Shown here: one piece after another, positions 9,674 to 19,904 of the stretch
Layout: each line of letters begins with the position of its first letter
Numbering within the stretch: position 1 is the stretch's first letter
Virus record (IMG/VR): IMGVR_UViG_3300034200_001057
Coordinates: 1 to 61,470 of that record
Strand: one strand, 5' to 3'
Source: a virus
Taxonomy: Duplodnaviria; Caudoviricetes
Length of the DNA: 61,470 nt
Made by a program: the position numbers and the translations under genes
Notes under the pieces: generated by a model
What the model was told of the DNA's origin: nothing
Seen by the model: only the letters and a program-made list of their open reading frames with translations
The model's database searches: none

Positions 9674-10255
9674 CTACGCCTCATGAATCTTGTAGGCATC
9701 CATCGCAAAGTCGAGCGTCTTAGGGATATCCATAGCCGACCCGCCGCCAACTACTACCGGCGCTCGGTTCAAAAAGTAGTGAGATGCTAGAGCGATGACG
9801 ACAAATCGGAGCCCCTCAGGAATACTCGTGTATGAATCTCCGTATCCCGCTGTAAAATTGACCCGCACCGCATCAAAACGGTCATCTGCTGTAGGGTAGC
9901 TCTGATTCTCCCTTACCATTACACGTGGACGAATCGAAGTAGTATCAACGTAGTAGCTACTAGCTGACCAGGTGAATTCGTTTCCACCGTAGTAGTAAAG
10001 AACATTTTGAACGCTCACCAGTGGTGATAGCGGTAGGAAAATAGGATAGTCAGATCGCGGGAAGAATGGCTCCTCTAGTCGCACCGTTCGTGAAATCAAT
10101 GCCCGCCCAGTCTTAGACTCAACAACATGCGTTGCAGCCCTAACGTACATAGTTAGAAGCACATCTTCTTCGCTATGCGTAACTCGGAGTGAGCTTTTTA
10201 ACTCTGCCAAATTCACGGCAAGAGCCAATGGAATCGAAGTTTGAACCCAGGGCAT
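9674..10255 (-). CDS. Head-tail connector protein
   Basis: VNLAELKSSLRV..SEED.LL..Y..AA...VE..TGR; FTAGYG; HYFLNR. Confidence 0.85.
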   Translation of the reverse strand: MPWVQTSIPLALAVNLAELKSSLRVTHSEEDVLLTMYVRAATHVVESKTGRALISRTVRLEEPFFPRSDYPIFLPLSPLVSVQNVLYYYGGNEFTWSASSYYVDTTSIRPRVMVRENQSYPTADDRFDAVRVNFTAGYGDSYTSIPEGLRFVVIALASHYFLNRAPVVVGGGSAMDIPKTLDFAMDAYKIHEA

Positions 10256-10269
10256 TACGCTCCGAAATG

Positions 10270-10302
10270 AAAAGTGGCCCCCGCCGACTTGCGACGAGGG
10301 CC
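10270..10302 (-). terminator. Probable intrinsic terminator after the capsid genes
   Basis: Minus strand GGCCC...GGGCC GC-rich stem followed by ACTTTT. Confidence 0.5.
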
Positions 10303-10319
10303 TGTAAATTAACTACTAA

Positions 10320-10787
10320 TTAGATCGCAACAGGCTGATCTAATCCTCCGTACCGTGCATCGGACAAGAGAGCAATAACGCATCCATTAACTGGATCGTT
10401 AGTTAGCTCTGTGCAAAGCAGGTGCACCCATGGCTTTGTCTCTGGAAGGTCAGCAGAAAGAACCTCAATCTCGTATATAACATCCTGAGCGGCAGTGGTT
10501 GCAAATCCGGTAGTTGTCGCATTAAGAACAGGGCCAAGCGCATCACTTGCGCCGGTTGTCATCCTACGATAACGAAACGGAATGGCTTGAGCGCCAGCCT
10601 GTGCACTATCTGTGGATGCAAGCACTGTGAGTGTTGCATTTCCAGTTGTTCCACCTTGCTGAAACACAAGAAACGTAAGTTTATCGTGATTAGCCATGCT
10701 GATGGAATCGGTCGCTGGGTTTGTGTTCCAACGGTCTGCCGCTGGAGCAAGGGCTTTGATTGGTTTTGCTACGTATTCACTTAACAT
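10320..10787 (-). CDS. Putative capsid-associated (decoration-like) protein
   Basis: 155-aa beta-rich ORF with SD directly downstream of the capsid gene; function inferred from position only. Confidence 0.5.
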   Translation of the reverse strand: MLSEYVAKPIKALAPAADRWNTNPATDSISMANHDKLTFLVFQQGGTTGNATLTVLASTDSAQAGAQAIPFRYRRMTTGASDALGPVLNATTTGFATTAAQDVIYEIEVLSADLPETKPWVHLLCTELTNDPVNGCVIALLSDARYGGLDQPVAI

Positions 10788-10848
10788 ATTGATTATTCCT
10801 TTAATTCTTTAGCGATAGCAGGGGCATTACGCCCCCACCATCAGTTTA

Positions 10849-12201
10849 TTATGGTCGTGTTGCAACAACTACAGTCGTGCTGAGAGTGTTTGACCCCTTA
10901 AACGGTGTCAGTGGCGACCTACGAACTGGTTGCCCATCAACGCGGTAAGTGAACTTGAGCACCTGCTCATCCTGAAGGAATCGCACGTGAACAGACACAG
11001 CCGACTTAGGACCGCCCTTATCAACAACAACGTATGCCTTAGGATCGGTGAAGATGATATCTCCAACGGTTCCCATTGCCGAGCAATGCTCACTAGCGTA
11101 CGCAGCCCTACCGAGAATGCGATCAACAGCGACCTCTTCTCTCATATTGCCAGTTGTTCCGCCCATGATCAAAACAGGGTAGCTGTTTGAACCGATTGTC
11201 AATGCAAGCGACATAAGCTCAGCTTCGCAACCTTGGTTATATAACCAGATTGCGCTGCCGCGATTTCGCTTAATCAGGCGAGAGAACATCTTCGATATGT
11301 TCTGAGCAACGATACCAGCAGCCGACTGAGATGACTCCTTCGCCTGAGTTACTAAGGCACCGTTCTGAAGTATTCCAAGTGGCTTACCAGCTCCGTTACC
11401 GTTAATGAAGGCATCGTCTAGCTTGAATGCAAGCTCTGACTGGAATGCTTGACTAACCCATGCGCCAAGGAATGGAGCATCAGCGATGATTTCCTCAGTG
11501 AGGTAAGCAGCACCAACGATCTTCTTGGTATTTAGCTCCATAAGCCCAAATCTTGGCTTAGTAGCTGCGATGTCATCGGCTTCGCCTTCCCAGTACATCT
11601 GAATTCCGCCTTGGCGAGATCCGTCAACACGGGAGGTCTCATCAACGTAAGGGATCTTGATTCCGTTGGCACCGTTGCTGAGAGGAAGACGTCGAACTTG
11701 ACTAGCGAATGGTGCCTCTTGGTATCCGTTATCAACGATCTCGTTAGCGAAATCCTTCTGAACGAATACTCCACCATCTGCTCCAACGCCTTCGCCTATT
11801 CCAGTAGCGGTACGCATCATCTTGTTGCTCAGGTCAATCTTGGACCGAAGCTCATTTGAGCGAGAGCTATGTGGGTTCTTCTCAACGTGGATGATGGCTT
11901 GCATCTGCTCACCGAAAGAACGCCATACCTTGCAGTCGCCGTTCTCATCCTCGCCCTCGTTACGAGTAACCTGAATGGATACAGGCTCAGTCGTAGCTTT
12001 GGCACGCTCTTCCTTTTCCTTAGCAAGAACTTCAGCTCGCTCAATGTTTCTCTTGAGGCTCTTAACTTCAGCTTCGAGAGAATCAAATTCCTTGCCCTCG
12101 TCCTCGTTAAGTCCACGCTTCTCTTTCTGTGCTGTCTCTGCTAGTGATTCCATTCGCAGAACGGCATCGTTCAATAATTTTCTTAATTCCTTTAAGTCCA
12201 C
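10849..12201 (-). CDS. Major capsid protein, HK97 fold with N-terminal delta domain
   Basis: Coiled-coil N-terminus; DGGVFVQKDF, WEGEA, GNGAGKPLGIL, F.YRVDGQP motifs. Confidence 0.95.
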   Translation of the reverse strand: MDLKELRKLLNDAVLRMESLAETAQKEKRGLNEDEGKEFDSLEAEVKSLKRNIERAEVLAKEKEERAKATTEPVSIQVTRNEGEDENGDCKVWRSFGEQMQAIIHVEKNPHSSRSNELRSKIDLSNKMMRTATGIGEGVGADGGVFVQKDFANEIVDNGYQEAPFASQVRRLPLSNGANGIKIPYVDETSRVDGSRQGGIQMYWEGEADDIAATKPRFGLMELNTKKIVGAAYLTEEIIADAPFLGAWVSQAFQSELAFKLDDAFINGNGAGKPLGILQNGALVTQAKESSQSAAGIVAQNISKMFSRLIKRNRGSAIWLYNQGCEAELMSLALTIGSNSYPVLIMGGTTGNMREEVAVDRILGRAAYASEHCSAMGTVGDIIFTDPKAYVVVDKGGPKSAVSVHVRFLQDEQVLKFTYRVDGQPVRRSPLTPFKGSNTLSTTVVVATRP

Positions 12202-12383
12202 GACATTCCTATGGTTTTATACTAAACGTTACTCCCCTTTCTCCCAGGGTTTTGGGTACAACTGTGCTGTTTGGTTTGTTGAGCTGAGAAACGATCGATG
12301 GATCGTTGGCTGGCTACGTGATAACGCGAGCCGGATTCAATGGAACCGTTCACACTATCGCCTGATAATTCGAATATGCAGAA

Positions 12384-13031
12384 TTAGAGACTAGCGCGCA
12401 AGCACCGAACTTTTAGAAGATACGAAGAAGGGTCAACAGTAACGATGACTGGAGCTTCTGGCTCTTTCGCTCGTTGCCACTCTTCGCGAGCTTGCTTGTA
12501 TGTTTCCTCTGATGCCGACCGTAGGCCGACCGAGGTCTCCTGATACGCGGGGAAGGTAACAGGGCTCACATCGTAAAGGTCCACGTCAAGAATCTCGCAG
12601 TGGTCCATCACCCCGCGCTCTTCTGAGAATGTCCACTTTGTTCGCTTTGGAATAAACGCGAACGACATCTGATCAACGTTTCCATTCCGAATATTCTCGA
12701 CTACATCCCTAGCCTGTTGAGTGTCGGGAGGCATAGTCTCGGTCCATAGCCCCTTCTCATCTTCCCTAAGTAGGAGCGAACCGTTCTTGGTTCGTCCAAG
12801 AACAATGTTCATGTCGTGATTGAATAGGCTTCGAGTGTCATGCTTCTCTTCAATCGCTCGAGTAAACGCACCGGGAGCGATACTCTCTTCGAACATTCCC
12901 CAGATTACAGTGCGAACATTGAACAATGCAGCGTAGCCGGCAATGACAGATGGTTTACCCTCTTCGCGGGTCTCGATTACTGGTTGGTGAGAAAAGAATC
13001 TTCGTTCAAGCTGGGGTTTCATACTCTCCAT
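12384..13031 (-). CDS. HK97-family prohead protease
   Basis: GYAALFN...EESIAPGAF...LFNHD..IVLGRT...QMSFAF...DVSPVTFPAY. Confidence 0.95.
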   Translation of the reverse strand: MESMKPQLERRFFSHQPVIETREEGKPSVIAGYAALFNVRTVIWGMFEESIAPGAFTRAIEEKHDTRSLFNHDMNIVLGRTKNGSLLLREDEKGLWTETMPPDTQQARDVVENIRNGNVDQMSFAFIPKRTKWTFSEERGVMDHCEILDVDLYDVSPVTFPAYQETSVGLRSASEETYKQAREEWQRAKEPEAPVIVTVDPSSYLLKVRCLRASL

Positions 13032-14679
13032 CAGTATAGTTCAAAAGGTTATCAGTCCAATAGTCACCAACTTTCATCTCATTGCGCTCATAGCCCATCG
13101 ATGGATTGTTTTGCCACTCTTCTAATCGCTCGCCGATTTCTTTTCCGTAGCGTGCAACTAATTTCTCAATCCACATATCGGGTTCTGCATTGTTTGATAC
13201 AAGAAAGAACGCTCGACCGATGGATCTGATGCAATTTCTTGTGAATTCGAGGTGATCTTCTAGGAATTTATCCTTCCAAACGATGAATTCTTCGCTGTTT
13301 TTGCTTCGTGCTGCGCTCTTTACAAGGCCGATTTCCTTCCGAATTACCCTCGCCCAAGCCTCTTTGACTGCTCCACGGAACGCAATTCGGACCTCTTCTG
13401 TGTCTTCTTCGTCCTCTTTTTCGGGCTCTTTTGGCTCAATTTCCTCTGTTTTTGGCTCATTTTGGGGCTCTTCTGGCTGAATTCCCTCCTGCCCAGCGGG
13501 AACCATGTTCATCGGAGAGAGGTATACATCACCCTCAGGGCCAATGGGATTCATGTCCTCAAGCATTCGAATGTCGTTGATCGAGAATAATCCCCATTGC
13601 CGCCCGGCAGTATAGAACGCAGCTCTTGCGGTAGAGTCACCACGCATCAATGCATTCGCCTGATGCTTTACGAAGTACTCCTCATCGTTTCCATCGAGTA
13701 GGTCGCGAACAATCGCTTGCTCCCACCGCTGCATCCAGGGGGCGAGGCAGTAAGAAATGAATTCTTGGGACTGCATTTCAATGTTATTGTTCGTTGATCG
13801 CGAGAGGTCGCCAAGCAGATGAGGCGGTACGCCGTATATGCGTGAAATTTCCTCAACTTGAAATCTTCGCTGTTCAAGGAACTGAGCATCACTCTGAGGA
13901 ATGCCCATCTGACGCCATTTAAGCCCACCTTCAAGAATCGCCGTATTCCTTCCGCGATTCTCACCACCGTATAGCTTCTTCCAACTGTCGCGAAGGTTGC
14001 TCTTGGCCTGGTCGCTCATCGTTCCGTCGTACTCAAGTACGCCAGAAGGGAACGCCCCGCCCTCGAAGAAATTAGTTCCAAAGCTTTCAAGCGAAAGTCC
14101 CGCCTCTATCGCCTTTTTTGCCGCTGCAATTGGCGAGAGCCCAACTAAGCCCTCATCCCGATACGCCCTGAGGTGAAGCACTTCATAGCCAGGTAGTATC
14201 TCGTCCTCGCCGGCGTCACTCCTTACGACATAGACAACTTTCTTGCTCTCAAGCTTAGGGATAATCCGGGTTGGATGAATCGGATAGAGCTCCAACACGT
14301 CGCCCGCTCGATTGCGAATAATCTGAGCGTAGGCGTTACCATAGAGCAACATGTGCCCCGTCATCATCTCTCGAAATTCAAACGATGTGGTTTTAAGATT
14401 GTTAGGCTTAGTCTTAAGCACCCTATACAGTGGATGCGTAATTGCCTTCTCTTTGCCGCCGTCCTTAAGATGCACATAGGTAATAAGGGGTAAAGTCGCG
14501 AGATTGCCCGCGATAACCCGCACCGCAGCAAATACGGCTGAGAACTGTAGGGCAGTTTCCGGGGTAACAACCGTCTTGCCGCTCAGATTCAGCAGAAACG
14601 GTGATGTAAAGTAGCGATCATCGGGGATAGTCGATGCGTCGCGCTTGGTAAAGGGCAGGTGCAATCCTAGGATCTTCAT
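13006..14679 (-). CDS. HK97-family portal protein
   Basis: ALQFSAVFAAVRVIA, GNAYA, GLSPI, DAQFLEQRRFQVEEISRIYGVPPHL. Confidence 0.96.
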   Translation of the reverse strand: MKILGLHLPFTKRDASTIPDDRYFTSPFLLNLSGKTVVTPETALQFSAVFAAVRVIAGNLATLPLITYVHLKDGGKEKAITHPLYRVLKTKPNNLKTTSFEFREMMTGHMLLYGNAYAQIIRNRAGDVLELYPIHPTRIIPKLESKKVVYVVRSDAGEDEILPGYEVLHLRAYRDEGLVGLSPIAAAKKAIEAGLSLESFGTNFFEGGAFPSGVLEYDGTMSDQAKSNLRDSWKKLYGGENRGRNTAILEGGLKWRQMGIPQSDAQFLEQRRFQVEEISRIYGVPPHLLGDLSRSTNNNIEMQSQEFISYCLAPWMQRWEQAIVRDLLDGNDEEYFVKHQANALMRGDSTARAAFYTAGRQWGLFSINDIRMLEDMNPIGPEGDVYLSPMNMVPAGQEGIQPEEPQNEPKTEEIEPKEPEKEDEEDTEEVRIAFRGAVKEAWARVIRKEIGLVKSAARSKNSEEFIVWKDKFLEDHLEFTRNCIRSIGRAFFLVSNNAEPDMWIEKLVARYGKEIGERLEEWQNNPSMGYERNEMKVGDYWTDNLLNYTDGEYETPA

Positions 14680-14752
14680 CCGATGACGTCAAAATAAGAC
14701 CAGTTAGTTGCAATCATAGAACAAGTGCCTAATACCCGGATAGTCATATTCC

Positions 14753-16441
14753 TTAAATGAAGGCAATCCCGCCCGACTCGTAGGGGCTAACCTTCTCAAT
14801 CTTCAACACCGCCCGAGCCAATCCCATAATCAGTGCCACAATCCCATCGATTCTTTCCGCCGACTTCTCCTTATCGGGCTTTATGTTCCCGGCAGGGTCC
14901 ATCTTTACCGAGACGTTATCGAACATCCACCGAAGCACCTCATTCCCATTGTGCCGGAGCTTGGCCGACATCACTTCGGACTCTAAAGACTTCATCGGTG
15001 ACGACATACTCGCGAACCCTTGCCGCATCTCTACCACATTGAGGCCATCCTCTTCGCGTAGCTGCTGAACAAGGTGAACCGCGTTCCACGGATCGAAAGC
15101 AATCTCCTTAATGCGGTAGACTTTCGAGAGGTCGTTAATCTTCTTCCTCAGAAACGAGTAATCAATCACGTTCCCCGGTGTAGCTTCAATCAATCCCTGC
15201 TTAATCCAAAGTGGATAGGGTACCCGGTCCCGTCTAGCACGTAGGTCCGCGTTCTCTTCGGGTACCCAGAAGAAAGGAAAGACCCTATGGATGCCATTTT
15301 CCATCGGGAAAACAAGCGTAAGGGCTGAAATATCCGTAGTTGTAGAGAGGTCTAGGCCAGCGAAACACTCTCTACCGAGGAGCTTTCTGATGTCAAAGTC
15401 CTCTTTGCATGCGTCCCATCGCTCAACAGGTATCCATTTTGAACGGGAATTACACCAAATATTGAGCCGTTTGGTCTTAAAATTGTTCTGCGCTGCCGGT
15501 ATTTCCTTTGCTTTCTGCGCTAATTCCCTTAGCTCATCGATGTTTACCGATACCCCAAGGTTTGGATTGCTCTTTATCCATACCTTTTCATCAAGCCAAT
15601 TGTCCTCATCGTCCTGCGTATATATTAAAGGGAAGTAAACATCATCCTGCCGAATCCCCTTAAGTACTTGCTCCCCATGATTGCGGAACTCTAACGCGAT
15701 TGAATCCGCCGTGTTGATTCCCGCCGTAGTAATCATCCACATCATCGGCTGCTGCCGTGCTCCCATACCCGTCTCGATAACGTCCACCACTCCACGGGTT
15801 CTGTGGGCATGAATTTCGTCTATTAAGCCGGCACTAGGGCTTAAGCCGTCGAGTGTATTGTGGTCGGCTGATAGTGGCTCGAACTTAGAAAACGATTCAG
15901 GCACCGAAAGATTGTTTCTAAAGACCTGAACCATCTGAGACAATGAAGGCGATACCTTAACCATCTTCGTTGCAGCACTGTGGATAATCCTTGCCTGATC
16001 CTTTGTCGTCGCTGCACTATAGACCTGAGCTCCTGCCTCACCGTCAGCTATTAGAAAGTAAAGCCCGAGGCCGGCAGTAACCGTGCTCTTCGCATTCTTT
16101 CGCGCTACTTCAATATAAGCACGACGAAACCGCCGAATGCCTTCACCCTTTCGCATCCAACCGAACGGGACCCAGAACATGAACTGTTGCCAGTCCTCAA
16201 GAACAATGGGGCTTCCCGCCCATTTTCCCTCGACGTGATTGCAGAACTGAAAGAAATCAAGGATGCGTTGAGCCGCATCAGGGTCAAAGTAGTACGGGAA
16301 ATCCGGGTCCGACTCTGAACGCTCTAGGTCTTTTACGTGCCGCTCAACCGCAAGGCGGATGAATTTACACGTAAGGAGCCGACCGCTTAGAACATCGTCA
16401 ATATATCGCAGTGCTGGATGCTGCCCGTCACTTCTTTCCAC
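14753..16441 (-). CDS. terL: Terminase large subunit
   Basis: RRFRRAYIEVARKNAKS (Walker A), IDEIHAH (Walker B), GLDLS, RIDGIVALIM. Confidence 0.97.
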   Translation of the reverse strand: MERSDGQHPALRYIDDVLSGRLLTCKFIRLAVERHVKDLERSESDPDFPYYFDPDAAQRILDFFQFCNHVEGKWAGSPIVLEDWQQFMFWVPFGWMRKGEGIRRFRRAYIEVARKNAKSTVTAGLGLYFLIADGEAGAQVYSAATTKDQARIIHSAATKMVKVSPSLSQMVQVFRNNLSVPESFSKFEPLSADHNTLDGLSPSAGLIDEIHAHRTRGVVDVIETGMGARQQPMMWMITTAGINTADSIALEFRNHGEQVLKGIRQDDVYFPLIYTQDDEDNWLDEKVWIKSNPNLGVSVNIDELRELAQKAKEIPAAQNNFKTKRLNIWCNSRSKWIPVERWDACKEDFDIRKLLGRECFAGLDLSTTTDISALTLVFPMENGIHRVFPFFWVPEENADLRARRDRVPYPLWIKQGLIEATPGNVIDYSFLRKKINDLSKVYRIKEIAFDPWNAVHLVQQLREEDGLNVVEMRQGFASMSSPMKSLESEVMSAKLRHNGNEVLRWMFDNVSVKMDPAGNIKPDKEKSAERIDGIVALIMGLARAVLKIEKVSPYESGGIAFI

Positions 16442-16895
16442 CAGCTAGATACTTTTGTAGCGGATCGCTCTCTCCGCCTTCAGCTTTTGCAGTGAGACGC
16501 GCCCGGCTGCATGGTGTCATACCGTACTCAGTAATGAACTGGCGAACGAAGCCAATGAACTGCGCCGCGTGAATTGCGTAAGGGTTACGCTCAGGGCCAC
16601 TCTTCCCCTTAATCACACGCCCGAACTTATTCATATTCTCGTGAGCTATCTTTACTTCCGCTAAGGCTTGAGCAAGGGCAACCATACCAAGCCTATCAGC
16701 TTCAGTACCAACACGCATCGATGTGACAAGTCCGGTTATTTCGCGATAAAACTCTTTAGCATCATCGTGTAACCAATCCGGTGGTTCATCACCCGCTTCG
16801 AGTAGCGGGGATTCTGGTACGTCGTCGATTGCACGTTTACCAGGGTTCCCCGCTAAGAGTTTTAATGGTGGTGGTGTTGGTTTCCGACCTTTCAT
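16428..16895 (-). CDS. terS: Terminase small subunit, P27 family
   Basis: GRKPTP..LKLLAGNPGKR, PPDWL, NPY, EYGMTPCSRARL. Confidence 0.95.
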   Translation of the reverse strand: MKGRKPTPPPLKLLAGNPGKRAIDDVPESPLLEAGDEPPDWLHDDAKEFYREITGLVTSMRVGTEADRLGMVALAQALAEVKIAHENMNKFGRVIKGKSGPERNPYAIHAAQFIGFVRQFITEYGMTPCSRARLTAKAEGGESDPLQKYLAGGKK

Positions 16896-16896
16896 T

Positions 16897-17595
16897 TTAC
16901 TTCGTTCTTATTTCATCCAAGTATTTAGCTGATACGCCATTTACTATTGTCCTATTTAACATCGGATGATCTTCATCATTAGGTCCCGTATCGCTATCGG
17001 GATGCCACGCCGTGACTAGTAGCTCTTCATCGTCAGTATAAAACATATGCTTGCCGTTCGTCTCTAAGAACCAGACAGTTCCCGGCGTAAGTGGTACTTC
17101 ACCATCTGGAAAAATTGCTCTCCCTCGTCCCGCAATAGTCATTCCGCATCGCACACTTGGGTGTATGTGCATCGTTTGCCGGACATGTTTTGGAAAATGA
17201 AGGAGGTTAAAACAAGGATCGCCAATCTTTGGCGGTGCAATTATTAGAGAGTCTCTACAGCCATCAATGTATTTTAGCCTGCCGGTATCTTCTGCTGGGC
17301 CACCAATTGTATTTAGGTGTTTATAACCTTCGAGTTCAATTACAACGGCGCAATCGGAAAAGAGCTCTGCTGGCGTTTGTACCGCGAAATACATTCGTGG
17401 CTGCAAAGCGACTTCGTATGTATTATACTTTATCCTCCCTTCACTTAAGGTCATTCCGTAAATAGTTCCGCCCTCATTACTCGAGGCATAGTATCCATCA
17501 ACGGCGGTTACCTTAGCTGTTCCCGCATTACTATTTCCATGAATTAAGCGTTCCCCCGATACAACTTCGGTTTCCCCCGGTCTAAGCATTCTCAT
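16897..17595 (-). CDS. Cupin-domain protein
   Basis: QTMHIHPSVRCG...GKHMFYT metal-binding cupin motifs; ATGA overlap with the upstream stop. Confidence 0.75.
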   Translation of the reverse strand: MRMLRPGETEVVSGERLIHGNSNAGTAKVTAVDGYYASSNEGGTIYGMTLSEGRIKYNTYEVALQPRMYFAVQTPAELFSDCAVVIELEGYKHLNTIGGPAEDTGRLKYIDGCRDSLIIAPPKIGDPCFNLLHFPKHVRQTMHIHPSVRCGMTIAGRGRAIFPDGEVPLTPGTVWFLETNGKHMFYTDDEELLVTAWHPDSDTGPNDEDHPMLNRTIVNGVSAKYLDEIRTK

Positions 17596-18122
17596 CCTGG
17601 TACCCATCCTTTATTAAATGACTGGTGCTCCCTTGCAACTACATTAGGAAGTCCAGCTTTTTCAGCTAATCGCAATACTTCTTCATCTTCCATACCTAAT
17701 AGAACGCAAATTTCATCAACAGTTCTAGAAGATTCAAGAAGCTCTTTTACAAGGTCTGCCATTGAGACTACGGCATGCTCACCTCTCGCTCGATTGTGCC
17801 GAATCGTTGACATGATACGATCCTCTCTAGACTTAAAGATTCGCACTATTGGTACTAATCCATTTGTAAGTCTCGCGACCTCTAAATCACTAGACGTTCG
17901 CCAACGATGCTCTCCATCAACAATAACAGGTTTATTCCCACTACCATCATCGAAAACAACAATTGGTTGCGTCCATCCGTCTTGAAGAATCGATACTTTA
18001 AGTAGTTTATGCTCAGGTGGGGCTTGCTTATTAGGGTTATAGTCATTTGGGGCAATCTCGTCTCGATGCACCCACTCTACCTTGCTTAACGGCTGACTTG
18101 CTAATTTACTTAAAGATTCCAT
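17592..18122 (-). CDS. ParB/Srx-like protein, IbrB/YbdM family
   Basis: PNDYNPN..APPE..LL..SI..DGWTQPIVV, IVDGEHRW, STIRHNRARGEH. Confidence 0.88.
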   Translation of the reverse strand: MESLSKLASQPLSKVEWVHRDEIAPNDYNPNKQAPPEHKLLKVSILQDGWTQPIVVFDDGSGNKPVIVDGEHRWRTSSDLEVARLTNGLVPIVRIFKSREDRIMSTIRHNRARGEHAVVSMADLVKELLESSRTVDEICVLLGMEDEEVLRLAEKAGLPNVVAREHQSFNKGWVPG

Positions 18123-19263
18123 TTTTCTTCCTTGCTCGAATCGCGTTGTTTGTCATTTTTTGTGTTTGTCTTCCGAACTTATCCCCACCAACCTTAGCCG
18201 CGATAAAAAGGTTTTTCCAGGAATGGCCTGTTAATGGGTCGGGTTCAACATCAGGTATCGTAGGTCCTCCACCTCTATTCTTATGATTCGTTATACAACT
18301 CTGGATTGCTTTCGCAGCTTCCGCCCTCGACCGTGGATCTAACTGCTGAAGTCGATTTAAGGTAAGGTCTTTCCACGTAGTCCCTTCGGGTAAGTCATCA
18401 GCCTTTACACTACACCCATACAAATCAGTATTTGCATATCTTGCCGCCGTTGCCGCCCCATGAACCCTATCGACCATCTTTGCCCATAGTTCCGGCCAAC
18501 AGACTTTATACTTATAAAGACCACGAATAGGCTGCTCCCCATAAGGTGGCGAACATCTTTGAACCGATAATGGAATACCAGCTAGAGTCTGTTTTTCATA
18601 CGCTCTATTGTAGTCCCATCCTTTAAGCTCTGGAGCTAACCATACATCCTCAGTCGCCCAATCGTAAATTGGATAGACATTTCTTGTATATGGGTACATA
18701 TCTCCTGGGGGCATAATCCATGCGCGATCTCCTTTCTTATTTGCTATATGACTAAAGCGAGTAAGTGATTCTTGAGTCCTTATCCCCATTACCATAGCAA
18801 CAGAGCCTTTTCGTGGATCGAATATCTTCCCGGATTGACCTGGAATACCACATCGTTTTGCTACTAATGGCGTTGTGATTGCGGTAGCTGGTAAGTCCCG
18901 CACCCATTTATCCTTATCTTCTGGAGCCCATGGGTACCAATAAGGCTGCTTAGTTGAACAAGCGTTCCTATGCTCTATAGGTAAGCAATACCATAGAAAC
19001 TTTACATCATCTCTCTTACTAACGCGGTCAAGATACTCGACGGTATCGGGAGGAATTGCTTCTTCGTCAAATGTAAATACAGTTACCGGCAATTTCTTTT
19101 TTGCTGTTGCAACCTCGAGAGCGAGATTCATACATACAGTTGAATCTTTCCCTCCACTAAATGATATCCCGACCTGATCGAAGGTATCAAAAATGTACTC
19201 CATTCTTTCGAGCGAGAGAGAGTAACAATCTTTGTCAACATGCTGTTTTTTATTCAGCTTCAT
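18106..19263 (-). CDS. PAPS-reductase-like PP-loop protein, IbrA/YbdN (DUF3440) family
   Basis: SFSGGKDS, GIRTQESLTRF, YPIYDWATEDVW, WPELWAKMVDRVHGA. Confidence 0.9.
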   Translation of the reverse strand: MKLNKKQHVDKDCYSLSLERMEYIFDTFDQVGISFSGGKDSTVCMNLALEVATAKKKLPVTVFTFDEEAIPPDTVEYLDRVSKRDDVKFLWYCLPIEHRNACSTKQPYWYPWAPEDKDKWVRDLPATAITTPLVAKRCGIPGQSGKIFDPRKGSVAMVMGIRTQESLTRFSHIANKKGDRAWIMPPGDMYPYTRNVYPIYDWATEDVWLAPELKGWDYNRAYEKQTLAGIPLSVQRCSPPYGEQPIRGLYKYKVCWPELWAKMVDRVHGAATAARYANTDLYGCSVKADDLPEGTTWKDLTLNRLQQLDPRSRAEAAKAIQSCITNHKNRGGGPTIPDVEPDPLTGHSWKNLFIAAKVGGDKFGRQTQKMTNNAIRARKKNGIFK

Positions 19264-19885
19264 TACCTAACTCCTCTAACCAATTGCGACAAATTACTTC
19301 TAAGGCTTCACCAGTTGAGGTAACTCCCTTAGCCTTACTTATTCCAATTGCTTTTCTAATTACTACCTCTTGCTCTATAGAGACAGGGAATGACATCGTA
19401 AGTACGTTATCTGTTGTTTTATTATCGTCATTCGCCTTTTCCGGCACATCGTCACCGGCTTCGACCATAGCTTTAATCTGTACCTCAGCGAATTCGCTCT
19501 CAGTAAATCCGAGCATCTCTACTGTAAAACCTTCGGAAGATAGTTCCTCAATTTCGAGCTGAAGCAATTCTGAATTCCAGGCCGCATTTAGCGGGAGCTT
19601 ATTATCAGCAATTGATAGAGCCTTAGCCTGAGCATCTGTTAGATAGTCTAGAATAATGCATGGTACTTTTTCTAAATTAAGAAGGTGTGCCGCTTCAAGT
19701 CGACCATGCCCCGCAATTATTGTCTTATCCGATTTAATTAGGATTGGATTCGTAAACCCGAACTCTCGAATAGAGGCCGCGATCTGTTGAACCTGTTGAG
19801 GCGAATGACTTCTTGTGTTGCGTATGTATGGAACGAGCTCATTGATTGCAACTTGCTCAATCTTTAACGCCTTATTTTTCTGCAT
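19250..19885 (-). CDS. ParB N-terminal-domain protein
   Basis: LVPYIRNTRSHS..QV.QIAASIREFGFTNPILI..IIAGHGRLEAA...IADNKL; no methyltransferase domain attached. Confidence 0.9.
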   Translation of the reverse strand: MQKNKALKIEQVAINELVPYIRNTRSHSPQQVQQIAASIREFGFTNPILIKSDKTIIAGHGRLEAAHLLNLEKVPCIILDYLTDAQAKALSIADNKLPLNAAWNSELLQLEIEELSSEGFTVEMLGFTESEFAEVQIKAMVEAGDDVPEKANDDNKTTDNVLTMSFPVSIEQEVVIRKAIGISKAKGVTSTGEALEVICRNWLEELGNEAE

Positions 19886-19904
19886 TAAGTTCCTCTAAAT
19901 TTCA

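Noticed and set aside
12233-12246. 14-nt match (TGGGAGAAAGGGGA) between the capsid leader and 29751-29764
   Set aside because: Several chance 14-mer matches are expected in a 61-kb genome, and the two are the same sense in their transcripts, so not antisense.
221-16287. Numerous short plus-strand and nested ORFs in the structural region
   Set aside because: Antisense or out-of-frame shadows of well-supported genes, with no motifs.
19250-19885. Plasmid partition ParB implying a phage-plasmid
   Set aside because: No ParA and no HTH/parS-binding region; it matches the ParB-N type linked to DNA-modification cassettes.
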